Source: a virus. From it: 64,000 nucleotides of DNA. Within the stretch, counting starts at the first letter, position 1. Each line of letters starts with the position of its first letter. Where the stretch lies: positions 1,191 to 65,190 of the IMG/VR virus record IMGVR_UViG_3300046824_000031; one strand, given 5' to 3'. The position numbers and the translations under genes were made by a program. Positions 19,901-29,720 of the stretch are shown piece by piece. Below the pieces are notes generated by a model. It saw only the letters and a program-made list of their open reading frames with translations. It was not told the origin of the DNA and did not search any database.

Positions 19901-22900
19901 CTACGCTGCGGGCGACGACACTAGCAGAGGTCTACAACGGACTCAAGACAGCGGTCAAGGGTCAGAGCTTGTCTGCTGCGGCCCATTCCCGTGGATTGAA
20001 TGCCCAGAAAGGGGCGCGGCTGGGGGCGGCGGCGGTCGCAGAGTCGCGTCGCCTGGATGATATCGGGGATGTGGCGAAGAAGGCCGCGAAATCGATCAAA
20101 GATGGGGTCGTAGACGAGGATGCCCTCAAGGATGTGGGCACGAAGCTCGGAAGCTCCCGTACACGCAAGGCTGTGACGGGTACGTCGAGGATCGGGGAGT
20201 CTCTCGGCCCAGGTACGGGTGAAGGAGGGGGTGGAAAGGGCTCTGGCACCCCGAGAACGCGCTCAGGTGCCCCCTCCGAACCACGAGAAGAGACGCTGAT
20301 CGAGAAACTCGGCCGGTTGATGCGCGAACAGGGCACTCTGGAGAATCGGCTAGAGGAATCGTCACAGGCTACGGGCCGAGGCGCCCGCACCAGCCTCCCC
20401 AATCCGCTCCATGTGACCGATCCTGCTGAGCGAGGGGTCCATGCGGGCCGTCTGGCCGAAGTCAGGGCTGAGATCGAGGACATTCACGGCCAGATGCGGA
20501 CCCATGCCGATGAATTGGCCCAGCAGCGCCTGGCAGCGAAGGCTAACAGGGGGCCGCTGACCCTGGAGGAGACCGAACGGATCGTCAACGAGGCGATTGG
20601 CCGTAAGGCTCAGGCCAGGATGACTCGGGAAGCCACTCGAAAGGCTCGGGGCCTGACAGGGGATGAGGCTGGGATCACGAAGGGTATCAAGGAAGGTATT
20701 GACCGGCACTATAAGACTGCGCAGAGCGACATCCAGAAGGAATTCGAGAAACTCTTCACCGACGAGGCTAAGCGCGAAGCGAAGATGAAGCTCTGGCATG
20801 ACCGGAGGGTCGATGGGATCCTCGCCCAGGAGCGAAACGCCAAGACGCGCAAGGAAGTCAAGAGTCTGTCTGACGTAGCTCAGTCCTGGGCGAAAGACAT
20901 TCGAGACGATGCCAACCCCAAGTTGAATCCAGAGCGACGGGCTCAACTTGATGATCTGAAGAAGGATGTGGATCTCCGTCAGGAACTTGATGATGTTCTG
21001 GTAGAGATGCGCTCGCATTCCACCGTCGGGGAGCGGGTCGCCAATGACCTGGAGGGTCGTCTGGGCGTCAACCTGGATAAAGACGATATCCTACGAACCC
21101 TTCGAGACCAGCGTGCAGCCGGTCGGGAGATCACTGAGGCCAGGATTCGAGCCGTTCGGCAGCAGATCCAGGATGTGCTCGACAATCCTCGTGCCCCTGA
21201 TCGACATACCAGGATCGCAGATCTGTATCAGGATCTGGAAGATATCGGGAACGAGGGGAAGAAGCGGGCGTCAGAAATGCGGCACCGCGCGCACGACGAG
21301 GGCATTCTGAAGTCGGGCCTGGATGCTTCAGGGAAGAGTTCGGATGAACTTGCGAAGATGATGGCGGCGGTAGATCCGAAAGATCCGGCATCGGTCAAGC
21401 CGATCCTGGAACTGATGGCGAGACCAAATGCCTGGGGCGTTCTCCGAGAGATCTCGTTCATCAATATGCTGTCGAACGCCAAGACCCATACGACGAACAT
21501 CTCGTCTACGGCCTACAATGGCGCGCTTCGACTCCTCTTGAGAAATCCTGTTGAGCAGTTCTTCTCCCGAGGAGAACTCTCAGGAAGCCGTGCTGCCTTT
21601 GAAGGACTAACAGCCGGAGCAAAAGAGGGGCTGCGTCTCGCGGGGAAGACGATGACGACAGGCATCAACCCGCGCCGAATCGAATCAGCCGTTGCCACCG
21701 GAGAGTATCAGCACATCGGGCGAGAGCTTCTGCCAGAAGTCTTGGGGAAGGTCAAGCTGGGGAAGCTCGGGCAGGCCATGCACTTCGTCAGCACCCGCCC
21801 CCTCGAAGCGATGGATGCCTTGATGGGCAATATGATGTACTCATCGGCTACCCACCAGTTGGCTCAGCGAAAGGCTGATGATCTGATTAGAGCCGGCGAA
21901 AAGATGATCGACGGGGTGCCGATCCAGAACCGAGAGCAGGCGGCTGATCACATCCTGAAGAATATCTGGGATCATCCCGAGATCATCAAAGACGCTGGCA
22001 AGATTGAGGACTACACCCTGTTTCGATCCCGAGATCCAGGGAAATTTGAGCGACTGCTTCGACAGGCGATGGGACTCAAAGAGCTTGGACCGAATCCGAC
22101 CACCCGTGACGTACTCCAAGCGGCTCTGATCGATATGGTCATGCCGTTCTTCAACGTCCCGTACAACTTCACCAAGCAGGGCCTGGGCAACGTAGCGCAT
22201 GGTCTCGCTGCTGTCCCCCGAGAGTTCACCACGATGGGCGTGGGAGCGAAGATGCTCCGAGGGCAGAACAAAGAAGCCGGAGAATTGGCTGCGAGATCCG
22301 CGCAGGGCGCAGCCATGATGGCGGTCCCGATGTATTTCGCGATGTCTGGTGATCGCTGGGACGACAACATCACCGCTCAGGGACCGACCGACGCTGGGCA
22401 GCGTCGCGTCTGGATGGAGAACCACCGCCCCTATTCCTTCCGGTGGCCTGGTACAGCATCGTGGATTAGCTACGAAGGAACGCCGGTGGCTATTCCCTTC
22501 GCTGCTGTTGCTGGAGGGGCGGAAGCTATCCAGCAACAGCAGGACAGCCCCGACAAAGGCTCTGCGGGGGCGCAGGCTCTGGGTATCGGACTTGGCGCCC
22601 TCAAGGGCGCGGGCCAGGGTGCCCTCTCGCAAACGTTCCTGGAAGGAGCGCAGAGAAATATCGAAGCTCTGACCGGTGATATCAAGGGTCCAAACGCAGG
22701 AGCCCAGGTACTGGCGGGCCTCGCTACTCGCTATGCTCCGTCCCCTGTACCGACAGGGATGCTGAGCTTCCTGGCTCAGATGACAGATTCCGTCGAACGA
22801 GATCCAGGAAGGGCTCGATCTCTGGACGATGTCCTCCCAGTAGCCGCAGATGTTGTCAAATCTAGAATACCGGGACTACGAAACCAACTCCCCGAACGGC

Positions 22901-23307
22901 GAGGAGCCTTTGGCGAGGTGGTTGATAACCCATACTCCGGTGGATGGGCGGCGGTTCCGAAGAGTCTGGTTGGTGCTCGTGCCCCAGGTGAGGGGGATCC
23001 GATTGTCTCCCAGCTAGAGCGGGGAGGGGTCGGAATCCCGAATGCTCCTACGGATCTCCCTATGGGAGAGGGTTCTGTTCCTCTGACTATCAAGGAACAG
23101 CAGATGTATCAGAGGGTCTGGGGGCAGGAGTACTATAAACTCCTCAAAGAGATGGGGGCAGGGAAAGAAACCTTTACCGATGTTGAGCTTACGAATATGA
23201 GAAATGGGGCTCGTAGGATGGCGGCTGGAGCCGTTCTTGATACGCTCACCAACCCAGAGATTGATCGTCGGTGGGTGCGTAAACCTGTGCTTGAGGTGGC
23301 TCCATGA
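16990..23307 (+). CDS. 2105-aa large polyvalent/ejection protein with ADP-ribosyltransferase-like domain
   Basis: WYHGS..WGPGAYLT..GYDGV..VVVF (ART-like); C-half MPFFNVPYN, PYSFRW, KSRIPGL..LPERRGAFGE resembles podovirus large internal proteins. Confidence 0.75.
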   Translation: MPRLPDVRLDDWWNDQQQQFREKTEGLMPALEFELQGRMDEAQIPPDYDAPGGMDQWKQAEQSLMERGLAVDQKAEEERRRQEEEQLQEQLRLEQAQAQQKQQDEEHQREMSMLDQARSLGIPTPEDAFKDFQEPGDHTSTTGIFDQGSSPVDQFNAHAGSMMSDVFGSPPDPDQTQPPPRDDTSSSGILDQRSYWTPTARESEGMGPAVGPEFLPEGIRRAAGVATRAVTGAARAEPAGPEWLPGGVRQAVGSFGAAMEPLQAVDDYRSARLDPQTWAFAHDGIARTELDPGELERWNDLQGSLSAEGGRKYAYVTPEEQAEIDRITGKVDRIYQSIKDDPDKLNDYAKASPAYEATRMITGTVLGGALGNVVGGAAGSAARGLGAGHRAIKAAEYAGDIAAQTAFDPTTPAIQPLGDLAIKGLGAGVRGTRGVLGRAGEALVRSADDVPADVQRLGSGAVPELGESIPPHKGGSTWYHGSRSDFPYFDPDKFDPDGDWGPGAYLTSDADTAGIFAADNMVDAAEGGNVRKIGLPKKINLINGDKPLDATEAGEAALKNINTVFQEAFGKSPLKESWRSFPYPFDMQYAALVRAADGDKTFVNGILSDAGYDGVRWRYEGAEGRFKPAVVVFEPSLAKMRNEFSGTAGGSGVIPNLRRPLFNAAQGGVIGAVSEPLEYDEEGRPINSASRLRNIGIGAGLAMLAGSRGARRVAGRALQAVGSGVVPEGGAGKVDVEGMIQAIRQMRIAGATDDVILGAERHLAENTDLTLPDVQARTREMVSATPSEPLPRETAPPSVEEPSPSPYSGGTRASLPTESTPYTRGLTTEEAEQMGLPGFENVPRTETPQPRQGIRGFGTVPQDMSEDTERGIRGVAGEAARERAPYTLQQQAEDVGALLDADPEAIKPILGRALLASPQASAIEQGMLRENSRTWGDAWAKARQNWVDIQEEIADLTRNGRVIPDDVAEEATLRATTLAEVYNGLKTAVKGQSLSAAAHSRGLNAQKGARLGAAAVAESRRLDDIGDVAKKAAKSIKDGVVDEDALKDVGTKLGSSRTRKAVTGTSRIGESLGPGTGEGGGGKGSGTPRTRSGAPSEPREETLIEKLGRLMREQGTLENRLEESSQATGRGARTSLPNPLHVTDPAERGVHAGRLAEVRAEIEDIHGQMRTHADELAQQRLAAKANRGPLTLEETERIVNEAIGRKAQARMTREATRKARGLTGDEAGITKGIKEGIDRHYKTAQSDIQKEFEKLFTDEAKREAKMKLWHDRRVDGILAQERNAKTRKEVKSLSDVAQSWAKDIRDDANPKLNPERRAQLDDLKKDVDLRQELDDVLVEMRSHSTVGERVANDLEGRLGVNLDKDDILRTLRDQRAAGREITEARIRAVRQQIQDVLDNPRAPDRHTRIADLYQDLEDIGNEGKKRASEMRHRAHDEGILKSGLDASGKSSDELAKMMAAVDPKDPASVKPILELMARPNAWGVLREISFINMLSNAKTHTTNISSTAYNGALRLLLRNPVEQFFSRGELSGSRAAFEGLTAGAKEGLRLAGKTMTTGINPRRIESAVATGEYQHIGRELLPEVLGKVKLGKLGQAMHFVSTRPLEAMDALMGNMMYSSATHQLAQRKADDLIRAGEKMIDGVPIQNREQAADHILKNIWDHPEIIKDAGKIEDYTLFRSRDPGKFERLLRQAMGLKELGPNPTTRDVLQAALIDMVMPFFNVPYNFTKQGLGNVAHGLAAVPREFTTMGVGAKMLRGQNKEAGELAARSAQGAAMMAVPMYFAMSGDRWDDNITAQGPTDAGQRRVWMENHRPYSFRWPGTASWISYEGTPVAIPFAAVAGGAEAIQQQQDSPDKGSAGAQALGIGLGALKGAGQGALSQTFLEGAQRNIEALTGDIKGPNAGAQVLAGLATRYAPSPVPTGMLSFLAQMTDSVERDPGRARSLDDVLPVAADVVKSRIPGLRNQLPERRGAFGEVVDNPYSGGWAAVPKSLVGARAPGEGDPIVSQLERGGVGIPNAPTDLPMGEGSVPLTIKEQQMYQRVWGQEYYKLLKEMGAGKETFTDVELTNMRNGARRMAAGAVLDTLTNPEIDRRWVRKPVLEVAP

Positions 23308-24719
23308 GTAGTCCCAACAATCGCCGTCCGCTGAGTCCTGAGCAGCTTCAGGCGTGGCTAGACTCGCATAAAGGCTATGCCGGGAGAAAAGAGAACACTC
23401 GCATTATCCCTGAAACCAAGGATCCGGCTGGACGTACCCTATCTCCCTCTCAGCAAGTCGTTGAGAGTGTCACGTACGAGGCTGCCGATGGGGCCACGAT
23501 CACGGTCCGAGAGCTAGAAGCTGACGCGCCAGGAACGTACGGCCCCCATGCCAGTGAGAGTGGCGCTATTTATACGCAAGTCGGAGAGACTCCTCCAGAT
23601 CGAACCAGAGATAGAACTCCGGCACAGACCCGAGGCGACGAGGCTGTTGCCACCCAGCAGGAGATCAAAGCCGCTCAAGATGCGAAGGATGAAGCGGAGA
23701 AAGACTCTAACTCGAAGACGCCTGACGAGTTTGGGGTCGTTGCGAGAGAAACCAATGCCGATCGAGCCAAGCGGGTTGTAGATCGTCGGAATGCTGAGCG
23801 GCAGCAAGAGGCGACTCGGCAGCAGATCATCGCGTCTCAGGCTTCGACGGCTGCGACGAACGCCAGGATCCAGCAGGACGCCTCGAAGCAAACGTCTGAC
23901 GATGTCAACTCGGCAGCAGACCGAGCCCTGCGGGCACGTCAGATTGCGAACCAGGAAGCCAAGGACGCACGGGACGCGAAGAAGCCGGAGTTTCTCTCGA
24001 CGGCTGATTCCAAGAATAAGACTATCGTTCGGTATGATCCAGAAACAGGACAAACCGTCACTGAAGCGAATCCGAACTACGACCAGACCAAAGCTGATGC
24101 CGAAGAGAAGCGGGCTGAGATCGCCTCGCAGATCTCGCTGCGCCAGATCACCCTGGAAGAAGGCAAGCAGCAGTACACCCAGTGGTTTGACTCCAACGTC
24201 CGCACCCCCCTGATGATCGCTCAGGAAGCCAGAGCCAAAGCTGAAGAGAAGCGGCAGGCCCTCGAAGCTGAAGAGAGACGCCGGCAGTTTGCGGCTGATT
24301 ACAGCTTGCGGAAGGCCACCCTGGGCCAGCAGGCAGGGCAGGATGCTTCCCAGAACGAGATCAGTCTCCTCCCCTATCGGTCTGGTCCGACCTGGGGGGC
24401 TGACATCTCCAGTGCCATCAATTCCCTCGGGGCTGGGGGGAAGGTCAACGGTCCTGACGCTGGGGCTGGGATTCACTTCTCCGATTCCAGCTTTGCCTTC
24501 GACCGTCCGAACTTCAAGAAGATCGCGGCTGAAGCGACCAAGCAAGTGCTTGGGGGCCTGACGGATTACCGGCCCAGCGATCAGCAGTTTGAGACAGCAG
24601 ATTACTCCGGCGTCCCTCCCGTCAACACCAGTGGTATGCCAGCCTATACCTTTGGTGGGGGCGCGAGTGCTGCCCCGCCGAGTGCGCTTCCGCCCCCAAG
24701 CCCTGAGTACACGCAATAA
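23304..24719 (+). CDS. Putative internal virion protein (coiled coil)
   Basis: ATGA coupling; Q/A/E-rich helices. Confidence 0.6.
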   Translation: MSSPNNRRPLSPEQLQAWLDSHKGYAGRKENTRIIPETKDPAGRTLSPSQQVVESVTYEAADGATITVRELEADAPGTYGPHASESGAIYTQVGETPPDRTRDRTPAQTRGDEAVATQQEIKAAQDAKDEAEKDSNSKTPDEFGVVARETNADRAKRVVDRRNAERQQEATRQQIIASQASTAATNARIQQDASKQTSDDVNSAADRALRARQIANQEAKDARDAKKPEFLSTADSKNKTIVRYDPETGQTVTEANPNYDQTKADAEEKRAEIASQISLRQITLEEGKQQYTQWFDSNVRTPLMIAQEARAKAEEKRQALEAEERRRQFAADYSLRKATLGQQAGQDASQNEISLLPYRSGPTWGADISSAINSLGAGGKVNGPDAGAGIHFSDSSFAFDRPNFKKIAAEATKQVLGGLTDYRPSDQQFETADYSGVPPVNTSGMPAYTFGGGASAAPPSALPPPSPEYTQ

Positions 24720-24746
24720 CCAGTGTAGACGGGGCCGGAAATTGCG

Positions 24747-24755
24747 TGATATCCT
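24747..24755 (+). promoter_or_regulatory. Candidate extended -10 promoter (TGATATCCT) before the scaffold gene
   Basis: TGnTAnnnT in the intergenic gap, TAGACG 18 nt upstream of the -10; the pattern is common by chance. Confidence 0.35.
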
Positions 24756-24777
24756 ACAGCAGTAACCAGGAGGTTGC

Positions 24778-25791
24778 ATGAGCGTACCTGCGAGTGCAGA
24801 ACCGAATGCTCAAGGCACAGTCCCCGAAGCGCCTAGTACAGGGCAGGCTGGAGTCGCCCAAGCCCAGGAACAGCGCGCTGATCCCACCCAGGTTTCGGGT
24901 GCGGGAACTCAGGAGCAGACTACTAGGACGCCAGACTATGTGCGCGACGCTTTTGCGCGGCTGAGAGGGTACACGCAGCAGGCTTCAGCCTCTGCCCCCC
25001 AGGCCCCTGCGAACGGCTACGCGCCAGAACCGGCAACCCAGACTCCCCCTGCTTCGAGCCCTCCTGCGCGGGAGGCTGGACGATCTGCGACACCGTCTAC
25101 GGGACCGGCTACGACATTCCCCCCTGCTCAAACTCCCCCCTCTACCCGTCAAGGGCAGGGGCGGCAGAATCAGCAGGCACCTCAGGACAGTCAGATCGTA
25201 CTGACGCCAGAGGAGTATCAGCGGCGGATCCAATCCGAAGCTGACCGCATCCTCGCCAAACAGCGACGGGACGACGAGACTCGTAACGCTCAGGAGCAGG
25301 AGCGCGAGCTACGCCGAACGAATCCGTTCGAGTATGCCCGCCTGATGGAGTCGAAAGAGCAAGAACTAGAAGCGAGCCGCGCCGAGACGACGAGACTTTC
25401 GGGGATCGTTGGCACCCAGTTGCAGTACTACGACCGGGCCGTACTGGATACGTTCGTCGGGGCTCTCCCTGAGAACGAACGTCAGCATGTGATTGCACCA
25501 GACGGCGACGGTATCGAGAACCGCAAGGCTACGGCTGCCAACACCCTGAAAGCCCTCCGTACCCGGTGGGTAGCCGAGGGTAGGGCCTCCGCTCGGGAAG
25601 TCTTGATGAAGGATCAGACCTTCATCAAAGAAATCCTCGCTCGCTATGGTCAGTCGGCCCCGGAAGCTCCGACATCTCCTGCTTATGCCCGCGCCTCACC
25701 TGGGGCGGGGGGCAATGCTTCTGGGTTGAGTGATGAAAGCGCAAGGATGGGAGCGTTCATTCGTGCGGGGGCGTCAGCCGCTCGCACGTAA
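24778..25791 (+). CDS. Capsid scaffolding protein
   Basis: Disordered N-half, coiled coil, directly before the MCP; AGGAGG RBS. Confidence 0.75.
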   Translation: MSVPASAEPNAQGTVPEAPSTGQAGVAQAQEQRADPTQVSGAGTQEQTTRTPDYVRDAFARLRGYTQQASASAPQAPANGYAPEPATQTPPASSPPAREAGRSATPSTGPATTFPPAQTPPSTRQGQGRQNQQAPQDSQIVLTPEEYQRRIQSEADRILAKQRRDDETRNAQEQERELRRTNPFEYARLMESKEQELEASRAETTRLSGIVGTQLQYYDRAVLDTFVGALPENERQHVIAPDGDGIENRKATAANTLKALRTRWVAEGRASAREVLMKDQTFIKEILARYGQSAPEAPTSPAYARASPGAGGNASGLSDESARMGAFIRAGASAART

Positions 25792-25826
25792 TGCTCCGCA
25801 TGTAGAACTACGAGGGAGTCTGGGTC

Positions 25827-26834
25827 ATGGCGTATGGAGCCGTACTCACCCGTGGTAGTGGACCGACCTATTCGGCCACACCGGGTACACATCCCCTTAT
25901 CCCTGAAGATGTCTCCAGGGAGATCATCAAGTCCACCACCCAACAGTCCGCTGTCTTGTCGATGTTCAAGCATCGGACCATGTCTACTGCCCAGCAGCGG
26001 ATGCCGGTGCTGGCAACCAAGCCGACGGCCTACTTCGTCACTGGGGATACCGGTCTCAAGCAGACCACGAGTATTTCCTGGGCGAACAAGTTCCTGGATG
26101 CTGAGGAACTGGCGGTTATCATCCCCGTTCCTGAGAAGCTCCTGGACGACACCGACTACGATATCTGGGGTGAGATCAAGCCCGAGATCATCGAAGCGAT
26201 GGCTATCGCCCTGGACGCAGCGATCCTGTTCGGCTTCAACAAGCCGGCATCGTGGCCTGCGAGCATCGTGGCAGCGGCTATCGCGGCTGGCAACACCGTC
26301 ACTCAGGGCACCGGCATCGATGTTGCGGATGACATCAACAACGTGATGGCGGCTGTCGAGCAGGACGGCTACGACGTGAACGGGTTCTTCATCAGGAACT
26401 CGATCAAGGCTGAGCTTCGCGGCCTGCGAGACGCCAACAACGGGTTCATCTTCCAGTCCCCCGCCGACACGGGCATGTCAAACTCGGTCTACAAGGGGAC
26501 CATCTACGGCGAGAAGGCCGTTGCTTCGATCTCGGGGATCTTCGAGGCTGAGGATGCGGGGACGTATGGGCGTACCGTCAACTCGGTCAAGCTGATCGCC
26601 GGTGACTGGACGCAGGGGCTGATTGGGATCCGGCAGGATCTTACCTGGAAGATGCTGGATCAGGCGGTCATCACCGACAACAACGGTCAGATCGTCTTCA
26701 ACCTGCCGCAGCAGGACATGGTGGCGATGCGGGTGGTCGCTAGGTACGCGTTCCAAGTGCCAAACCCAATCAATCGCATGAACCTGACCGAGGCCACCCG
26801 GTATCCGTTCGCCGTGCTGCGAGACGCTGCCTAA
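25827..26834 (+). CDS. Major capsid protein (HK97 fold)
   Basis: LIPEDVSREII, EELAVIIPVPEKLLDD, ALDAAILFG, QQDMVAMRVVARY. Confidence 0.93.
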   Translation: MAYGAVLTRGSGPTYSATPGTHPLIPEDVSREIIKSTTQQSAVLSMFKHRTMSTAQQRMPVLATKPTAYFVTGDTGLKQTTSISWANKFLDAEELAVIIPVPEKLLDDTDYDIWGEIKPEIIEAMAIALDAAILFGFNKPASWPASIVAAAIAAGNTVTQGTGIDVADDINNVMAAVEQDGYDVNGFFIRNSIKAELRGLRDANNGFIFQSPADTGMSNSVYKGTIYGEKAVASISGIFEAEDAGTYGRTVNSVKLIAGDWTQGLIGIRQDLTWKMLDQAVITDNNGQIVFNLPQQDMVAMRVVARYAFQVPNPINRMNLTEATRYPFAVLRDAA

Positions 26835-26851
26835 GAGACGGGGAGAGACTG

Positions 26852-27250
26852 ATGAGCGCATTTGCAACGCAGATCGCGCGGGCAGATATGCCCGCTGCGA
26901 TTGCGGCGGCGGTCCCCGAGACACCGCTCGGGGAAGTCAACGCCCCCTATACCGTAACCGAGGTCAGCATCGTCTCCGAGGCTGCCCTGACCGGGGCGAC
27001 GGCGACGGCTCGGACCTTGACCATCTACAACCGTGGGCAGGCAGGGGCGGGGACCACGGTCGTCGCGACCCTGGCTCTGATCACGGGTGTCGATCTTGTC
27101 GCCAACGACAAGAAGCTGTTCACCCTGTCAGCGGTCGCTGGCGCCCTCACCCTGGCGGCAGGCGATGCCCTGGAGTGCGTCGAGACCGTCGCGTCTACGG
27201 GTACGGCTCGCGGCAACTGCCAGTTGACCGTGCTGGGCACGCACCTCTAA
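26852..27250 (+). CDS. Capsid decoration/cement protein (putative)
   Basis: Ala/Thr-rich beta protein right after the MCP; GGAGAG RBS. Confidence 0.6.
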   Translation: MSAFATQIARADMPAAIAAAVPETPLGEVNAPYTVTEVSIVSEAALTGATATARTLTIYNRGQAGAGTTVVATLALITGVDLVANDKKLFTLSAVAGALTLAAGDALECVETVASTGTARGNCQLTVLGTHL

Positions 27251-27267
27251 GATGACAGCAGAGGTCG

Positions 27268-27303
27268 GGGAGGGAGCGCATGCTCTGCTACTCCCTCCCT
27301 TGA
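27268..27303 (+). terminator. Hairpin after the capsid genes, possible intrinsic terminator
   Basis: GGGAGGGAG (27268-76) pairs with CTCCCTCCC (27291-99); only a short T run follows. Confidence 0.5.
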
Positions 27304-27326
27304 TCTCTCGGAGAAAGAAGAAGCTG

Positions 27327-28148
27327 ATGGCCGAAGCAGGCAAGCTCCAGGCTCCACCGGCCCTTCCGGTGTACTACATGAAGATGCTGACCCCCAACTC
27401 AGATGCCCGCTTGGGCAAGCTGGCTGAGGGGCAGATCGTCCCGATGGATCAGGCGAAGGCGACCCGGTATCTTACTGCCAACGTCGCTGAGCAGGTCTCC
27501 AAGGGCGAGTTCGATCAGCAGCAGGACCGCAAGCAGACCAAGGCTACCGCCGCTCAGAACGCCTATCGGGCGCTGAACGACGGGCACGCGGTCTGGGACG
27601 TTGCGACCTACCGAGACGTTCTTACCGCCCCTGAGAGCGGGCTACGGATCGCGCACGAGCGGGGCATCCCGCTGGTGAACGTTCACATGCTCCGCGACGA
27701 GGACGGGGACGTTCTCCCCCCTGACGCTGACATTGACGACATCCTGGATGCCAGAGCCAATCTGCATCCTGACCTGGCTGCGCCGTTTGCGGCACACGAC
27801 CGCTCGTCGGTGATGGGCGGGGGCTCCCCGTATGTCTCGAACATGCCGGGTGCTACTCCGATGCCCCTCTCGCCCCAGCATCGGGCGCAGATGGAGCGGG
27901 TCCAGGCGCAGGAAGTGATGGCTCAGCGGCCGGCTGCGTTCTCGTATGATCGCGAGAACCCCAACGCTCGGCCCCCGCAGACTGGGGTAGGCTCAAACGA
28001 GGAGCGCACCTCGCGAGCGTCGCACAGGACAGGGCGCCCCCAGGTCCAGCCGAAGGATTCCCCCGTGTCTCCTGAGGCTGCGAAGGCCGCTGAGCAGGCT
28101 GACGTGAAGCCAGCGTCTGGTACGCTCACCTCGGAGCAGCGGGCCTAA
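27327..28148 (+). CDS. Hypothetical protein
   Basis: ORF 27252..28148; purine-rich RBS before ATG 27327. Confidence 0.6.
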   Translation: MAEAGKLQAPPALPVYYMKMLTPNSDARLGKLAEGQIVPMDQAKATRYLTANVAEQVSKGEFDQQQDRKQTKATAAQNAYRALNDGHAVWDVATYRDVLTAPESGLRIAHERGIPLVNVHMLRDEDGDVLPPDADIDDILDARANLHPDLAAPFAAHDRSSVMGGGSPYVSNMPGATPMPLSPQHRAQMERVQAQEVMAQRPAAFSYDRENPNARPPQTGVGSNEERTSRASHRTGRPQVQPKDSPVSPEAAKAAEQADVKPASGTLTSEQRA

Positions 28149-28183
28149 GATGGTCGGATCCAAAGAGGCGAAGAAGGGACTGG

Positions 28184-28693
28184 TTGATGCCGAGTAACAC
28201 CCCCTTTCAAGCCTCTATGGATCCGGCTCAACCGAAGATCCTGGACAAAGAAGTCCCCCACGACGGAGATTCGGCAAAACTCCAGTACGTCGGTCTTGGG
28301 ATCGCCACAGGATCTGAAGCCTCAGGCTATACCTTCCGAGAGCTTGCGGCGCTTGATACCCTAATTCAGTCTCTCCTGACCATACAGTCTCCGGCTACGG
28401 CGACGAACGCTGCGTCTGGTACAGCCGATGTTCAGATGCTTGCAGCGACGACCTCCCTCAGGCTGATGGGGTATAGCTCCAAAGAGAATGCCGGCTCTCC
28501 CGCGACTGCTGAGTTCATTCTTCGGAACGGCACGTCCACTGCTGGTACTCCCCTGGCGCATGTCAAGCTCGGCCCCAACGAATCGGTCCGCGACTGGTTC
28601 GGCCCTGGAGGCATGATCGCCTCGGGTGGAATCTATCTGGATAGGATCTCGGGGACGACTGAGGTCACGATCTTTACGGTGATTGCCCCATGA
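28184..28693 (+). CDS. Jelly-roll-like virion protein
   Basis: C-terminal beta domain (LRLMGYS..FILRNG..GGIYL). Confidence 0.55.
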   Translation: MMPSNTPFQASMDPAQPKILDKEVPHDGDSAKLQYVGLGIATGSEASGYTFRELAALDTLIQSLLTIQSPATATNAASGTADVQMLAATTSLRLMGYSSKENAGSPATAEFILRNGTSTAGTPLAHVKLGPNESVRDWFGPGGMIASGGIYLDRISGTTEVTIFTVIAP

Positions 28694-29718
28694 GTTCTTC
28701 GGGGAAGTTGATCGCGCCTTCGGGGAGAAGAAACCGCATCATCAATGGATCGATGCGGGTCTCTCAGCGGTTGGTACCGAATACGGGGGTGGTGGGCGTA
28801 GACAACAGCTATCAATCTGTTGATCGTTACCGTACGCTCTGGGACGGAACAGGTTCTACTCCGACTATCACCCCAGATTTTACGTACTCCGATGGACAGG
28901 GGAGATCGAAACGTGCGCTCCTGGCTCAGACGACGGGCGCCAGCAATGGAAAGCATGGGTTTATCCAGATCCTAGAAGGACTAGACGTTCAGGATCTGCG
29001 GGGGCAGACCGTCTCCTTCCAGGCCACTCTCTTCGTCCATACCTCCCAGAACGATGCGCGGATGGCGTTGCTGACCTGGACTGGGACTGAGGATGCTACA
29101 TCAGGTGATCCGATTAGTACCTGGAATTCTGCCGGTACTAACCCTACTCTGGCAACCAACTGGGCGTACGCGATCACGCCGGTAAATCTGAATCCATCAA
29201 CCCAATGGGTAACGTATAAAGTTGAAGGCGTGGTCTTAGGCACGACGTTTACGAATCTCGCGATGATGGTCTGGAATGAAGACACGGTTGTTGATAATGG
29301 AGCTATCTGGGCGACGACCGATTGGCAGTTGGAGAACGGTTCGGTCTGTACCCAGTTTGAACGAACACCTCTGGCGCACGATATCGAACTCTGTAGTCGG
29401 TATTATGAGAAGAGCTACAATATGGTAGATGTGCCGGGAACTAATACGGTTTCTGGTCTGGTCGGAGGCTCGATGTCAAACAGTGGAGCGACGAACGTTC
29501 AAGCCGTCGTTCCATTCAAGACTCAGAAGAGAGGTTCTCCGGTGGTTGCGCTCTATGGAAAGACGGGAGCGGCTAACCAGTTCTACAGCCAGGCAACAGG
29601 AGTAGATGCTGTCGGCATTGGTGTTTCGTATATAGCTGATACTGGCATGGTGGTGACAAGCAGTACCACAGCCTCAGAGTCCGTGCTGTTCCACTACACG
29701 GCGGCAGCGGAGTTGTAG
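28690..29718 (+). CDS. Tail fibre/receptor-binding carbohydrate-binding-type protein
   Basis: RNRIINGSMRVSQR and DIELCSRYYEKS typical of phage fibre tip modules. Confidence 0.7.
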   Translation: MSSSGKLIAPSGRRNRIINGSMRVSQRLVPNTGVVGVDNSYQSVDRYRTLWDGTGSTPTITPDFTYSDGQGRSKRALLAQTTGASNGKHGFIQILEGLDVQDLRGQTVSFQATLFVHTSQNDARMALLTWTGTEDATSGDPISTWNSAGTNPTLATNWAYAITPVNLNPSTQWVTYKVEGVVLGTTFTNLAMMVWNEDTVVDNGAIWATTDWQLENGSVCTQFERTPLAHDIELCSRYYEKSYNMVDVPGTNTVSGLVGGSMSNSGATNVQAVVPFKTQKRGSPVVALYGKTGAANQFYSQATGVDAVGIGVSYIADTGMVVTSSTTASESVLFHYTAAAEL

Positions 29719-29720
29719 GC

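Noticed and set aside
16990-23307. 2105-aa protein as a tape measure
   Set aside because: No upstream chaperone/frameshift pair or tail tube gene; motifs fit podovirus internal proteins better
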